From contig NC_087247.1 in NCBI RefSeq assembly GCF_037042905.1, forward strand, positions 45,756,001 through 45,820,000: DNA of 64,000 nt, given 5' to 3'. How positions within the stretch are numbered: position 1 is the stretch's first letter; each line of letters opens with the position of its first letter. This document shows positions 44,036 through 58,000 of this stretch, piece by piece. The notes beneath the pieces are model-generated. The model saw only the letters and a list, made by a program, of their open reading frames with translations, was not told the DNA's origin and did not search any database. The stretch is from Lytechinus pictus. Taxonomy: Eukaryota. A program made the translations under genes and the position numbers.

Positions 44036-45681
44036 TTGATTTGATTTAATGTTCTCTTCTGCATACATTCATTTAATTAGTATATATTTTTTCATAACAA
44101 AACAAAACGTAATATTGTTTACTGTTTTTTGGCATGAATCATAGAGTAAATGTACTAAAAACATTATTTAAAAAACACAAAAAAATTATCCACTACCAAC
44201 ATGTTAAAACATTTACAATTAACAGGAGAAGTATTGTCATCATAAGCAGATTGCTTGAAAAAAATGACAACCCCAGATTAAAACTCATTAAATTGATTAA
44301 ATGCACTGATACAGCAGAATGTGTATATGTTTATACCAAAAACATCAGTTCATAATGAAGATGGAGATGATAAGGATGAGGATGATGAAAACAATAGTAA
44401 AGTGAAAGCAATGGAGATGATGGTGGTCATGATGGAGATAAAGGTGATGATTAAGTCAAGGGAAGGGGGATTTCATGAAAAACTAAAGCATTGATACAGA
44501 AAATTCACTTCAAATATTCTGATTATAACATGGATTTGACATTTGCTTTAAATGAATAAAGAGACGATAGTCTTTTGATAGACTCTGGAAGAGAGTTCCA
44601 TAAATTAGGACCATGATGTCTTATGGATCTCTGTGCAATAAGCAATTTAGGGTTGATTAAATGAAAATTTGAAGAGTTATGGGTGGGATAAGAATGAATA
44701 GATGTGTTCATAGTATTGTGGAATGAAGGTGGCAACATGTTATTTACGAACTTGAACACAAGTAGTAAACTTTGAAGTGAATTTACGTCAAATATTGGAA
44801 TAATGGATTTGTGTGATAAAATAATATTGCGAATCAGTACAAATTCGAATGGCTTTTTTCTGTAACAAGTACATTGTATTTATTTTGGTGTTTGCACATG
44901 TTGCCCAAACTATATTGCAGTACGAAATATTATACAGATATTGCCTTCCTAGAGTTTGAATATAACATTTCCACTCCCCGACGGAATTATATTTTTCCCA
45001 AGGGATTATATTTTGCCCGAAGTGCGCAGCGCTGAGGGAAAATATTCTCCCGAGGGAAAAAAAAACCTTCGGAGGGGAGTTGAAATGTTATTTATTAAAA
45101 CGATAGACCAGGCAATATCTGTTATTTTATATAGTCTTTGTGGATTCGCCATCAGAGATTGCATTCATCATCTGGCTCCAACCTGAAATTCTTGCTACAG
45201 CTCTGATCCATCTACGTCATAATAGAATTTCCTTTGAAAATACATCAAGCGCGTTCTTAATGCAATCGACGCGTTAACAGTAGCGCGTACATCAAATAAA
45301 CTACCTGATTACGCAACTTGTAAGCAGCGAGTGACGTCACCTTAGTGAATATAACGCCGCAATTGACAACACAACACAGTTATATTTACCGAGGTGACGT
45401 CAAAACCCAGAATATAACAAATGTGATCCTCGCAGCTATGGTCACGTGATGGCGTATTGACCTATCACTGATTCGAATCTACATAACCTATGTAATATAC
45501 GGTATATATTAACGAATTGTATAGTGTGACAAGGGTATATGAACTATATTTTTCATTTCGTAAAGCACACCTACGTTTCTAGATATCGTATATGTTCATT
45601 CCAATTTACATTTTCATCTATTGTGACAACTAAAAACTTTGTTTCCTTTATCTTTTGAGAGAAATGTTATCTATGTTTATA
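44036..45681 (-). mobile_element. 5'-truncated second copy of the same LINE family, inverted, interrupted by an insertion
   Basis: ORF 44523-44759 (NNMLPPSFHN..INPKLLIAQRSIRHHGP) is nearly identical to the C-terminus of ORF 39398-40333. The same tail appears as gatttgattt at ~44037, and homology resumes at ~45500 after the insert. Confidence 0.88.
44931..45496. mobile_element. Non-autonomous insertion carrying a ~190-bp imperfect hairpin; superfamily uncertain
   Basis: Interrupts the LINE. Arms acagatattgcc (44934)...ggcaatatctgt (45122) pair around cccgaagtgcgcagcgctgaggg. Boundaries are approximate. Confidence 0.6.
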
Positions 45682-45927
45682 CATACAGTTTGTTTTATCT
45701 ACATTATTTATATTCAGTGAGAGCAAAGCCTTCTAGTCCTTGGCATCGTTTGCGGGATGTTTACATGATCTTATTGCCTGAGAGTCCTTTCAACATTCCC
45801 AGCTAAGGTCAGACTTTATAACCTGGACCGCGCTCGTGAAGAGCACTGTCCTTCGCTTACGTAACAGCGAGGATAGTCTCCCAGTCGCGTGCGACCTCGC
45901 CAAGCGATGACAGATCTCTGTCGCGTG

Positions 45928-46855
45928 TAGCCTCTTGTCGAGGCCCTGTCGGCTGCTTTCCGAGCGAACATGGCAAAGCACGGGAGAGAGCGAAGCAGAG
46001 CGCCGCGAGACAGGGCCTCTGGACATCTGTACCGAATTTCACCGACTTTCTTTTGTTTTTTATTGTTTTTACCAATTCACCGACCAAAAACTGGTCGGTG
46101 AAAATCATCCAATGAGAGCGCGAGCTGCTATGACGTCATATTAAATATTCATGAGCTCATCTTGAATGGCAACCCTTGGATTCTTGGCGAAGAGTGACGA
46201 CGAAATATCAAAGAGCACTGAATATGCCTCTAAAATGCTGAATATTGACCGATTTAAGGATTTGCAAGTCGATGAAATTAACTCTGCACTGAAAGGACGA
46301 GATGTCTTTGTAAATCTACCCACAGGATATGGAAAAAAAAGTAATATTTCATGCGATTCCACCGGTCGATCCGGGGCGTCGATTATCGATCTCCGCTGTG
46401 CAGTGCAGTGAGGGAAGCTGGAGTGGAGTTGCTGGGAGTTGACTCGAGTCTGACCAGCGGCTGAGCAGTATCTCCCGGGAAGTTTCGGGGCGGTGATGGG
46501 TCTGTTACGGCCAGTAGTAATAGTAGTAGTAGTAGTAGTAGTACCACTACTTGTAGCATTTTGCTGGTTATATCCCCTTTAGTGTCCCGCAATTAAATGA
46601 ATCCCCTGCAGAATAGTGTACTACTATATAGTATTCCGAACCCAAGACGAAACAGCTCTGACATTTCATTGGTTTACTCGGTGACCGGTAATATCATGAC
46701 TCATGTATATTCATTAGGAAGACGTTCCTCATGAATATATAATTCAGTTCAGATGTCAAGAGGCCCTGGCTCGCGCCAGGCCTAATTCGCTTCGCGAATT
46801 AGGAAAGCCCTCGCTTCGCTCGGGAAGCAGCTGCCAGGGCCTCGACAAGAGGCTA
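45928..46855 (+). mobile_element. AcademH-like non-autonomous DNA transposon with a RecQ-type helicase N-terminal relic
   Basis: 21-bp perfect TIR TAGCCTCTTGTCGAGGCCCTG; perfect 9-bp TSD TGTCGCGTG (45919-45927 and 46856-46864). Internal ORF at 46166 reads FKDLQ..ALKGRDVFVNLPTGYGK (RecQ motifs 0/I). Confidence 0.8.
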
Positions 46856-47421
46856 TGTCGCGTGCGACTTCGCCTGACCTCACGCCGAGGACAAATTTGT
46901 TTTGCATAAGTCCACGGTCTTGCTCGTCTGCCCTTGTGTACGTTATGCAACATCAAGGACAGACTGGCAGTCGCGTGCAGCCCATCTATGCCGAGGACGA
47001 ATGTTGTTCTTGGGAGAAGGATAGAAACCAACTCAAGGATGCTTTGCTCAACTTAGCTCTCTATAAAAATAATGGGTGAGAACTTTTAGATTTATACAGA
47101 GTCAGACAATGAAAGAAGAGACGAACAGATGGTGAATTTAGTGAGATTTGTCAGAGCTTACATTACCGTGATTATTGTGGTTTAATAATCTCCAACACCC
47201 ATATACATTTCGTAACACAGGTTATTTCTTTTTTTTTTAAATTTTACATTCAAATTTTTCGGAATTTTCTCCTATGTACTTGTATAAATATGCATTCAAA
47301 TTAATTCTCTATTTTGGTGGCCTCGGCCTTTACTCATATAACTTGCCGGTTAGTATTGTGTATGCTTTTGTGGGTGAGGGGCTCGTGAGGGGATAAATTG
47401 GGAATGCGGGTGTGTGTTTGA

Positions 47422-47801
47422 TACCCCTTTCATAAACCCAATTATGCGGCTAATAGCAGCATAATTTGGTCGTAAAATCGGAGGAGGATCAGAGTTATCC
47501 GCATTATTTTGATGCTGCAATTATCCGCATAATAGCAGCATCGGGACAAGATTTTGAGTTTATGAACGCATTTCCAAATAATGCGGATAATTGCCATGGT
47601 GCGGTCACAAGGTCACCCTTTTCCAACACAACCGCATCGGAGGGGGCGTGTCCAGTTGTCGTGACGATTATCCGCCTTTTTCAGGACGGGCGCTCGTAAA
47701 AATAATGCGGATAATTTTCGGAGTTTGTGAACGCATTTTTTATTGAATTATCCGCATTACTATTAGGCGGCTAATTGGAGGATAGGTTTATGAAAGGGGT
47801 A
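47422..47801. mobile_element. PIF/Harbinger-like MITE
   Basis: TIR taccccttt(c)ataaacc / ggtttatgaaaggggta, 3-bp TSD TGA, internal repeated tgcggataat/attatccgca. Confidence 0.7.
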
Positions 47802-50230
47802 TGAGAGAGAGAGAGAGGGGGGGGGGGGTTAGAGGGTGAATGTGGATACTTGTGTGAGACATATGTTGACGGTGTATATGTTTTGCACGTTGTGGGTGCG
47901 TGGATGTGTATGAGCATAGACCCTGCATGTTGTGAGGTATATGTTGAAGAAAATGTGGGTGTGCGGTGCGTGTGAGTTTGTATTTGCTCACACCTCATCC
48001 CCTTCTATCTCTCTTCATTTTCACCATGCCTTGTATGATCGAATGACCATCGACCAAGCAGATTTTTGTGTGTATTTTCATCAATTATAATCAGGCTTGT
48101 CATCTACTCATTCGTAAATTTTATAGGTTGAATCCATTTGTTATATTCTATTGACTGGTTATAATTTCTCTCTTCATAAACGAGATAATTTTGTTTGCGA
48201 GTAATACAAATATTTGATGTTCAGAGTAAAATGACTTGAACCCGCAGTGATACTGAAAGACAAGTAATATAAAATGTGAGCATGGTGAATAATAATTGCA
48301 TTTAGAAAAAATTAGTGGGACAAAATTTGTATTATCCACGCGTGATGTACTAGGCAGTATTTTGGCAACATTTAGAAAATTTCTTATACAATTATAAGCA
48401 AAATTGTTGTCACATAATTTCTTTGGAGAATCTATTTAAGCTTACTTATCCCATTTGCCACACACTACACGACATATTATGTGAAGAACTGATTTTTTTA
48501 TCAGTATTGACTTTATGGAACGTGAGTCAGTTAGTTTTTTATTAGTAAAATTTCATTAACGTGGCAAGAATAATTTGTTTTCAAACCGAATTATGGCCAC
48601 ATTTAAATGATATCGAACAAAACTACTCCAGAAGAAAGCTCATTTACCAAAAAAATCAAAGATTCGTGTAAAATGGGACAATATACATGATTATATGGCA
48701 AGTGAAGGTACATTTCTAGCGTTATCTCTCCAAGTAACTAAGTGCAATTTATTATGTAGAGGAAATAAGAGATACAGGATAATTTATTTGCTTAGATATT
48801 TATTTCACGAACGCAATGAAAATGCCCTTGACTTACCTGTATATTTCTCCGAGCCATTATCTGCTAATAATATTTGGGATAGTATCTGATGCTCATCCTT
48901 CGTCCATCATGTTCTTCAACACACTGGCAGATTCCTAAGTACTTGTGAGCACACACCGTGTGCGGATACACCATAATACATGTACATGAATGGATGAATG
49001 GTAGCCTATGAATTGTTAGTGTATAGTGTATCTACTTTGAGCATAATTATCATCCAAAGAAGGCATCTTGCAGACTATTCGTGACATAAGAAGGAATTCT
49101 CCTCCATGCATCTTTTAATCCGGCCATGACAGCTGCAGATTGCCCATGGAGACAAAGCAGGAATATACGCATTTCAGTCTGAAGTCATACACCACTGTGC
49201 CACCCCTCCTCTCGATATTTTGTTGACGTCCTGTTTTCTTTTTATTTCCTCCATTTTTGCATCAGATTTGGCGACCTCCCGCCACTGCGCGGCATGCGTC
49301 AATTTTGTTTCGAGTTCAAGAGTACTTTGCTCTCATGTCATCTATCCTCTATCTATCCCTCTCTTTCTTCTTGCCTCCTCTCCCTGGCTCCCCTTACCCC
49401 CTTATACTGTTTCATAGTAGCCGAACATAATCTACGACACCCATTTTGCATGATGTTGAGAAATCAGCCCAATAATTCTATATGTGAAATACTAATATCA
49501 TTCCTTTTACTTTCGACGACTCTGTATGACCTGGAAATTTTTTTGAAGTTCAATATTTCTTTTATTGATTCATGTTCATCATAATATAAGGAAGGAACTA
49601 CTGGATACCTCAGCAACCATGGCTAAATGCTTTCATCAGTTTTTTTCTGCACAATAATCAATATGTAGCAAAAGCTATTTTGTATAAATTAATACGGCTT
49701 AAGACAAGTAAAATACAACATTTCATTGGTTTGCCTATACTACGAGGAATATATCTATGCCCAATGGCAGAGTCGTAATGAACCCCCCCCCCCCATACAT
49801 ATAATATATATTTAGGGGGGGGGGGGCGTTTTGGGGAAAATTTATTAAAAGTTGTGAGCTAATGAAACAAGCAAGCAAAAAGATCCAGGTATCATTTTAA
49901 ATCTGATTGTATGATTAGAAGAAAATAAACTCATTATATTCATCCGTTTTAATGATTTTGGCTGCCATGCTCAAACGGGTGGCATCAATGGCGTACATAT
50001 GGGGGGGGGGGGCTTTGGGCGCTTGCCCCCTTTTTAAGACAGAAATCTTTTTTTTTTTTGGGGGGGGGGGTAGATTTTGGCATACTTTTTCAGAAAATAA
50101 TATCATATGTTACCTTTTTCCTTTCCATTTCTCTTTTATTTTGGTCTTGAAACTCACCCAAACCCCCTCCTCATACGCTAGTGCCAAATGGTATGTCGTA
50201 ATGTCGTAATATATATATATATATATATAT

Positions 50231-51143
50231 TGTTACGATACAGCAACAAATAACAATGAAAATTTAGTTTTTAATTTGATTTCCTTTTTTTAATTACAGG
50301 AAACAATCAACTATACACTATAAACAAATAAAAAATAATAATGATCTTACATCTCTTGAAGTGTCAGGTGTGCAATCCAAAGTTATGATAGTCCTGTATT
50401 TAATCCAGATGAAATCCAAGTTGGTTGGCGAAGTTTCCTTAAATTAAAGTTCACAATGATGGCGATGATGAAATTGACGTTGAAGCACGATGAATAACAA
50501 GAGTCACTGTAACGAGTTGGAATGTCCGTGAAGACGATGTTGATGATGATTAACAGTCAATTTCAGCAATCCATGGGTTGAAAAGCATTCATTAAAACAG
50601 CTTGATGATCTCGATGAGAACTGAGAATTCCTCTCTCAAAGTAACTGCAAACAGTTCATTGATGGCGTGCAAACAATTCCACAGAAGATAAATGTTGTAT
50701 TCCAGTTGGAAATAAACTATGCTCGGACATAAAGTCTGGTGTGAAACTCTGAGTTCTGATCTGATATGATGATGTCCCTGAAGAAACTGCCAGCTTATAT
50801 AGATGAATTTCTACTATTCTGGAAGCTTCTAGTATTGTCTTTAAAAAGAACATTATCCTTCTTTCTAGAATAGTCCACTTCTAAAAGACTCTTGAATGAC
50901 ATCAGTGGAATTAACAATGTTAACAACCTAGCTAATCCTATTGGCCTTTTCACTGCCACTAGTCTATTGTCTACATTCCATAAATAACAAAGATTACTCA
51001 GCTTATTAAATAGACATGCCTAACAAAGCTTTACTGAGACATTCTGGAATATTCTTAATCATTGTATGCTATGAATATCCTTAAAGAGGAAATAACTAAA
51101 TAAAATAATGTAATTGCAGTTACAATTCTACTTATACATAACA
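50231..51143. mobile_element. Probable solo LTR inserted in a (TA)n microsatellite
   Basis: TGTTACG...CATAACA termini with (AT)n runs directly on both sides. Confidence 0.65.
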
Positions 51144-51949
51144 ATATATATATATATATATACTGGTTCGGCTTAATGAGATAATATGCAAATTTACTTT
51201 GTTAATAAGAATAATTTATTGTACCATTGTATGGCTTTTTATACAAGCGATGCTATATGGTATATAGGTTAATCAACTAATCATTTTGATTACATACATT
51301 AAGGCAAATACGTAACTTTCAAATATACATAGAATGTAAGAAATTAATTGTCATGGAAATTCCCTTAACATTATCAGTTAACGTATTTTCAAACTTCTTG
51401 AATTAAGATTGGCAACATATAAATTTCACATATGCTAATAGATAGGCGAATTGAGCTAATGAAAAATGTTATCCAATGATAGTTGCAGCACTTAGTTGAA
51501 TGCGATAATATACCATAAAACACATGTCCCTCCATCCTAGGTTGCCGATCAAGCAACCGATCTGTTTACCATAGAACGCAAGTCCCTATATATATCCCCG
51601 CAAAAAATTAAACTTTCACAAATTTTCCGAGCATAAAATCTAATATCTCATCTATTATTATAATTTACAACTTCAAAGTTTATCAGTATGAAGACGGAGA
51701 ATCATTCTTTCAAAATATGGTAATTTTCTAACATTTTAAAGACAACATTATTATTCAGTCAATTGCAGAAAACTTATCCTATAGCTACATTTGGTCATGG
51801 GGTGTCAGGTAACATATTCCCCTGTAATTCAATATAGAAACAAAATTTAAGCCGTCTTGCCCTCCTCCTCCTCAAAATATCTTGGCGTCGCTTCCGATGA
51901 TGAAACATGATGTTAGTTGTCTGTATTTGTCTTTCATATTTGAAAGGGC

Positions 51950-51959
51950 GGGATTCCCC
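51950..51959 (+). promoter_or_regulatory. NF-kB/Rel-type site upstream of paralogue C
   Basis: GGGATTCCCC ~135 bp before ATG 52094. A second site, GGAAATTCCC (= GGGAATTTCC on -), is at 51355-51364. Confidence 0.6.
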
Positions 51960-52093
51960 CTCTCGACATCGACCATCTTTGAGTGCGCCACAAAATTAAT
52001 GACTGACAAGGCACTATTATTATCTGCGTTGTTTTGTTTGTGTTTGTGTGCAGACTGTTGGCAGATTCGAAGGAAATAATATTGTCGGAAGAT

Positions 52094-55000
52094 ATGGACG
52101 AGGTGAAGATTTGATTTCTTTTCTCCTTTGCTCTGTTTTTAAATTGTTTTAATATAACTACTGTTCACGAGTGTTTATCTCAAGTCATGTATGCGAATGT
52201 ACGCTTACTGACTCGACTCTCCGAACACCACATTGTTGGAATGTTGGCCTACATGTTGTATGCACTAGAATTTGCTATATCAAAGTGCAGGTGCTCGACA
52301 AATAATACTCCACCAATAATGCACATTGTTATCTTAACATAATAAGCCTTCATGTTGTCGCGTATGCTGGGCTTGATCAACCCCTTTCAAAATGAAACCA
52401 GGGAATCGTATGCTATAATAAAATGATATCTAGGCCTGCATAATCACGATGTACTATATCTAGATTTTTATCTGTATTTCGAATAGAGCAAAGTGAGGTT
52501 TTTGACGATCAAGCCCGCACAAAAAGGGGTAAATTGTAGGTTTAGGGACTACATGATATAATATAATACACACACCTTTTACACCCCCCCCCTTACACCC
52601 TCGCACCCCAAGCACCAAGACATTGCATGTATGCATTATAACAGACATTCATCAAGATCATCATGTTCGAATGCAGGTACAGAATTAAGAAAGAAGATGA
52701 GTATTGAAAGCAGAGAATAGAAGAGAATATAAGGGAAAATTGAGGACACGCCACAGAAGGGTTTGGCGTAATAATGATTATCCGTTAATAATAAAACAAT
52801 GAGTTTGGGTCGGAATGTTGTAACCTACATTATCATGAGTACGTCTACGTAAAGAGAGAAGAGAAACAAAGATGACATGCAGCATATGAGATCTACACCG
52901 TCAATCTGTACCATTTCCAAAAAATCTGTTGATTTTTTCCCGAACTATGCAAAGTTTGGGAACTGAATCGTTTAATTCTATACATTATTCTCATTTTTTA
53001 ATAGAATATCAGTCAAGGTGTGAGGGAGAATGTGACAGTTGGCATCTGTACGTCAGCGTTGGAGTCCAATATCGAGGCTCTTTTAAACAAAGTCAAAAGT
53101 CTCCCAAATGTAGCAGTTAAATTTATTCAGCTACCATACAATGATCTAGACAGCTTTCGGCTTTCAAGTGAAGGACTTGATGGTGTGATCATCTGTCATT
53201 CTATCAACAATCGTCGTTTTGCAATCACAGATGTAAGAGATGCACTCTATGACAAGTTCTTGCCTCATGTGAAAGAAGTGTTTGGTAAGGGAAAAAGTCA
53301 ACATACTTTTCTTATCTGAATGGGATTTATTTATTTATTTTTATTTTATTTTTGTTTTATTTTTATTTTTTATCTATTTATTAATTAGTTTATTAATCAA
53401 TTAATTAATTTATTTTATTTATTTATTTATTTTTGTTGTTTTTTTTTTGGGGGGGGTGGACATTTAAGAAATAAAAACGAGATCAAACATATTAGAGTGC
53501 ACATACGAATTTACGTATATGACCACTGTGACCCCATATACAAAATCTAATCAGATCATCTTCACTCCTATAATACTTGGACCAAGTTTGAAGTTGATCC
53601 AGCAACGACATTAGTTTATATTGCGAGAACGGGACAGGTGGATGGACGACCTGGAAACATCATGTTTCCAACATGAATCTAAATGATATAGGGAGGTTTA
53701 TATGATGTTTAAGGCTTAGTGTATATGGCCTGATAACCACACGTGTCCAACAAGTTCAGAAATGCAAACTATATGGCGTAATATATAAATATGCTACCCT
53801 AAATGTCGGGAGAAAAGCAACCCCTATATAATTATACACAACAAAAAAAGTAAGTCCCCCTAAATCAATTTGCTGTAACTTTTGAACGGAATTAATTTGA
53901 GATATGATATTTCGTAGGTGGTTTTATGCACTCATTAAGCAACTCCTGGGGAAAAATGAGATTGATCAATTGAGTCATGCATGAGTAATTAAAGATTGAA
54001 TTAAAAATGACAATTTTTGAAAGTCAAAAGAGTCGTTTTTCAAATTGTGCAAATACAAATTTGGGCAAATATTGTTTTTAGGTGAAATTTATGGTGTTAA
54101 TGCTGTTGTACTATCCATCATTTAGACACTCCACACACAATTTTGATATCGTATGTTCATGGTTGAGTGAGCACAATATTGCAGGGGCCGCGGAAGCGGG
54201 GGGGGGGGGGGCTCAGCCCCCCACTTTTTTCCAAAAGCATGTACAAAAATGTAAAAATGACCACACGATTGTGAGTTTTTGCATGGTCAGCCCCCCCCCC
54301 CCACTTTGAAAACTGTTCCGCGGCCCCTGTATTGTGACGTATCATCATAGGGGTTTATGGTAGTATCCTCTACAACTTGTTAGATCATGTTAAAATTTGA
54401 AAATGTTGGTGGCTCCCCCAATTATACGCCCCTCTCCCATTTTAAAATTCTGGATCCACCACTGACTTGTCCATGAATTAAACTGATCATGAGAGATTGT
54501 TAGGAAAAGAATACTTTAATGCAGTAAAAAAAGTATTCATTCCTAAGTTTTCGAATGTGCTCGCTCAACCATGAAAAGGTTCAAAGTTCGGAAAGTGTGT
54601 GGTGATAGAAATGATGGATGATAAAAACAATAGCAATTAAATTCACATTTGAAACCGAAATTGCCCCCCCCCCCAATATTCACTTTATTACCCTTTAAAA
54701 TGAGGCTGTGACATTGAAAATACCAATTTTCCCACTTTGATGCGTGCTCACTCATCCATAAATAAACAAATCGATTTCATTTTTGCACAGAATTCTGCCC
54801 ATAGGTTGATAAAGATTACTGCCAAAGGACATTGCTAAAGACAGCCTTGAAAATATGTTCCCTCATATTGAATAAGGGGTTACTTATTCTTAAACATATG
54901 CACCCATAATGTACACAAGTCTATGAGAGAGGAAGTCAAAATTTTAACAAATATGAGGGTTTGTTTCATGGACGGTTTTTGTTACTTCTGCCAACAGTTA

Positions 55001-58000
55001 TTTCATGAAACTTCGCACATGGCTTCAGCCGGGCTTCAGAGTAACACTATCCAAAAGGCGCGCACACCAAAATAACCATTCGATACGGCACAGAATGGGG
55101 CCAATGCCTTGAACTTTCTTCTCATTTGCATAATTTTCGAACATTGTGTGCTCACTGAGGCATTTAACATCGGGATTTTCATAAAAATCAAATCAAATGA
55201 ACCATGCAAGGAGGTTTGTGACTGATTTCCATAGTTGCAAATTGCACTTTTGCCAATAACGTGAAAAAGAGCTAATCACATTCCACATGTTCATTCAAGT
55301 GTGACTGTTTAATTAAACGCCTTTGAATCATTAAAGCATGTTAATTGGTCATGAACATAACGAAAAAGTTGAGAAAAAATCATTTTCAGTTACCAAAATG
55401 AAACAATACTTGCCTATGATATTTGAAAATCGTATATTTTGTTTTCAATAAATGTTCATTGAACCGTGAAACAATGAATATTGTCGAAGATACTCTTCCC
55501 AAAAATAACTGTCATCATATTCTATCATTTTTATTTTATTTTATTTTTTTCAATTTTTTCCCCCTTCCACAGGGTTCTTTATTTTCAAAAAGGTATAGTT
55601 ACATGGTATAAACATTTACAATTTTCCGACAAACATTAAATAAACATGGTATATACATAATTCATAATAATAATACATATACATGTAGTCAAACTGACTT
55701 ATTGTACAATCAAGTTGTCACAGCCAAAGCAAATTTGGCAAGAAAAAGGGGTCTGATACATATTACTAAGAAATAAACACTGGTAATAATTATGTTAATG
55801 TGACAGATTGCCAGCTTGTTCGAAAAAGTTTCTGAAATGAAACCATTTATTTCTGAACTTATTTGCTCTGATATTTGTTTCATAAATATATTTTTCCATT
55901 TCATAATAAAATTTTAAAGCCGACATAATTGAGGTAAATAAAGGTAACTCTTTTTTCAATTTGGCTAAGTATATCTCTTTTCTTACGATCATCATGACAC
56001 AGTTAAGAGCATTATTATTTGTACCACAAAATCCAAACAATTTGTTTTCATTCGTTAATACGATCACCTCTCGAGTATTTTGAAATATCCATGATTCTAT
56101 TCTCGACCATATTACATTAGAGTGAGTACAAAGGCAAAATATATGCATAATTGTTTCATCATTATCAATACAAAAAGTACATTTCATATTTGTTATTGTA
56201 CCAAATTTCAACAGAGAATCTTTCATATACAATATTTTGTTTAAAATTTTAATTTGAAACCATCTTAAGTTTATATCCATTGTTGCCTGAAAAGGAATCA
56301 AACAGAAAGCAACCCAAAGGTCATCTCGAAAACCTAACAGATCTTTCCAGCTGACAAGAGCCTTACATTCTTCAACTTTAAAGTTAAGAAAAGAGCGATA
56401 TATATTTGAGCAACCTACACGTGTTTTCACAAGGTGCAGAGCTTCAGGAATGATTGGTTCAATAGATTTAGTAATTATATGCGAATCTGTGGGAAAACCA
56501 GACCTAATTGCGTCACAAAGACCGTAATACTGTAGAAAATTGGTTTGTATACCATAAGCACGTTGGAATTCAAAGTATGGAAAGAAGGTACCATCTGTTC
56601 TAAGAATGTCATTAACAAAATGTTTTCCTCGTAAATCCCAAGACCTGAAATAGACTGGTTTGTTATTTATTTTTATTCGATGATTATTCCAGAGAGGCTG
56701 ACAGGCTATGTCATCAGTTAACAATTCAAGCAAGTCTGAGTAAGCAAGTAAAACTTCTTTCCAAAATGGATTGTAATTCGTGTCTGCCAATGTTCTGTTA
56801 TAATGTGAGCCCATGTACAAGTGAAACTTGTGTGTTGGATTTAAGAAAACATTGAACATATGAAAAGTAAAACTGTTTTGAGAATCATTTAAAAAATCGT
56901 CTTATCCATGAAATCTTCAGAGATTTAGCATGTATGAAAATATCTATCATTTTTTATTGATAGAAATGTATTAAAAAAATCAAATTATAGCAAATTTGGA
57001 CTTGTGTTTATTCAACCGTGAAATTTAGCCAAAAAAAATTGTATCGTCTTTTAGAATGTACCTTTTACAAGCCTTCTGACTATTTTTCATGATGAGAATG
57101 TGGAATTAGTTCCAATAAAATGGAATCAAAGTCATGATATTTGGCTTGTGACTTTTGAAAAGTGACATTTTTGCCTTCTGATGGTGCTCACTGAAGCATG
57201 ACGTAAAATACGTCCATAACATTTACTCAGAGGGTACCTTATAAAATTACCTACACGCTCATGTAAACTCGCATTGGTTCGGAAATTATTGATGTTTGTT
57301 TAAGGGGGGACTTACTTTTTTGTTGTGTATAGTTGCGCAAACATTGAAATCTAAATCCTGTAAACGAACATTATGTTAAAATGCAACCCTAAATGGCATA
57401 ATCTGCATAACCAAATAAGCAAAGCTAAATGCCGTGATTTTGTGAAAAATGGCTACCCTAAGTGGCGTTGTCATGACAGCGAATGGTGCTGAAAATCAGC
57501 CAGTTCGAAAAATACGTCGACGAATCCTTGATAGATCGGGACCCTTTCTGGCGCCTTTTAAACATTAATAAGTTTTGCTCTTTTCAACGGTGCCGTTATT
57601 GTTACGTTAAATCTCATGTTTGAGTAAGAATTGCCATGAGAGTAAGAGGTACAAAATTCTAATTTTACTTCTCATTGTTATATATACTGAATTCCAGGAA
57701 AAGACAACGTCTGTGTTATTGCACATGACTTTCCATGGCCAATGGGACCAAGAGCCGATGATCATGCTATGATCAAAGGAACCTACATGGATCGCTTTCG
57801 GAGCAAACAATTCACAACCTTCGAGTGTTCCAAACTGGCCATCATCAGTGGTAAGCTGGACACTCAGATGGACATGGATCAAGAGGATTTGGAACAGTTT
57901 CAAGAATTCATCTATCAATGTTGGACCCATCCACCATATCATCACATGTCCCACAATATTCCACCGCCTAATCCTGACCCCAATAATTATGTTAAGTTGA

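Larger units (their letters stand above)
43991..47217. mobile_element. Probable solo LTR (Gypsy-like) hosting the nested insertions
   Basis: Termini TGTCACGA...TCGTAACA; flanks tagg/cagg (4-bp TSD with one mismatch); GC-richer interior. Confidence 0.5.
53837..57327. mobile_element. Non-autonomous DNA transposon (TA-flanked, Tc1/mariner-like) in intron 2 of paralogue C, with nested inserts
   Basis: TIR cacaacaaaaaa(a)gtaagtccccc / gggggacttacttttttgttgtg, with TA on both sides. Confidence 0.75.

Noticed and set aside
46166-46411. RecQ helicase gene
   Set aside because: Only motifs 0/I are present, then the frame degenerates; it lies inside a TIR/TSD-bounded element.
46985-47025. AEDECCSWEKD as a possible DEAH-box relic
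   Set aside because: It lies outside the element's TIR and the match is weak.
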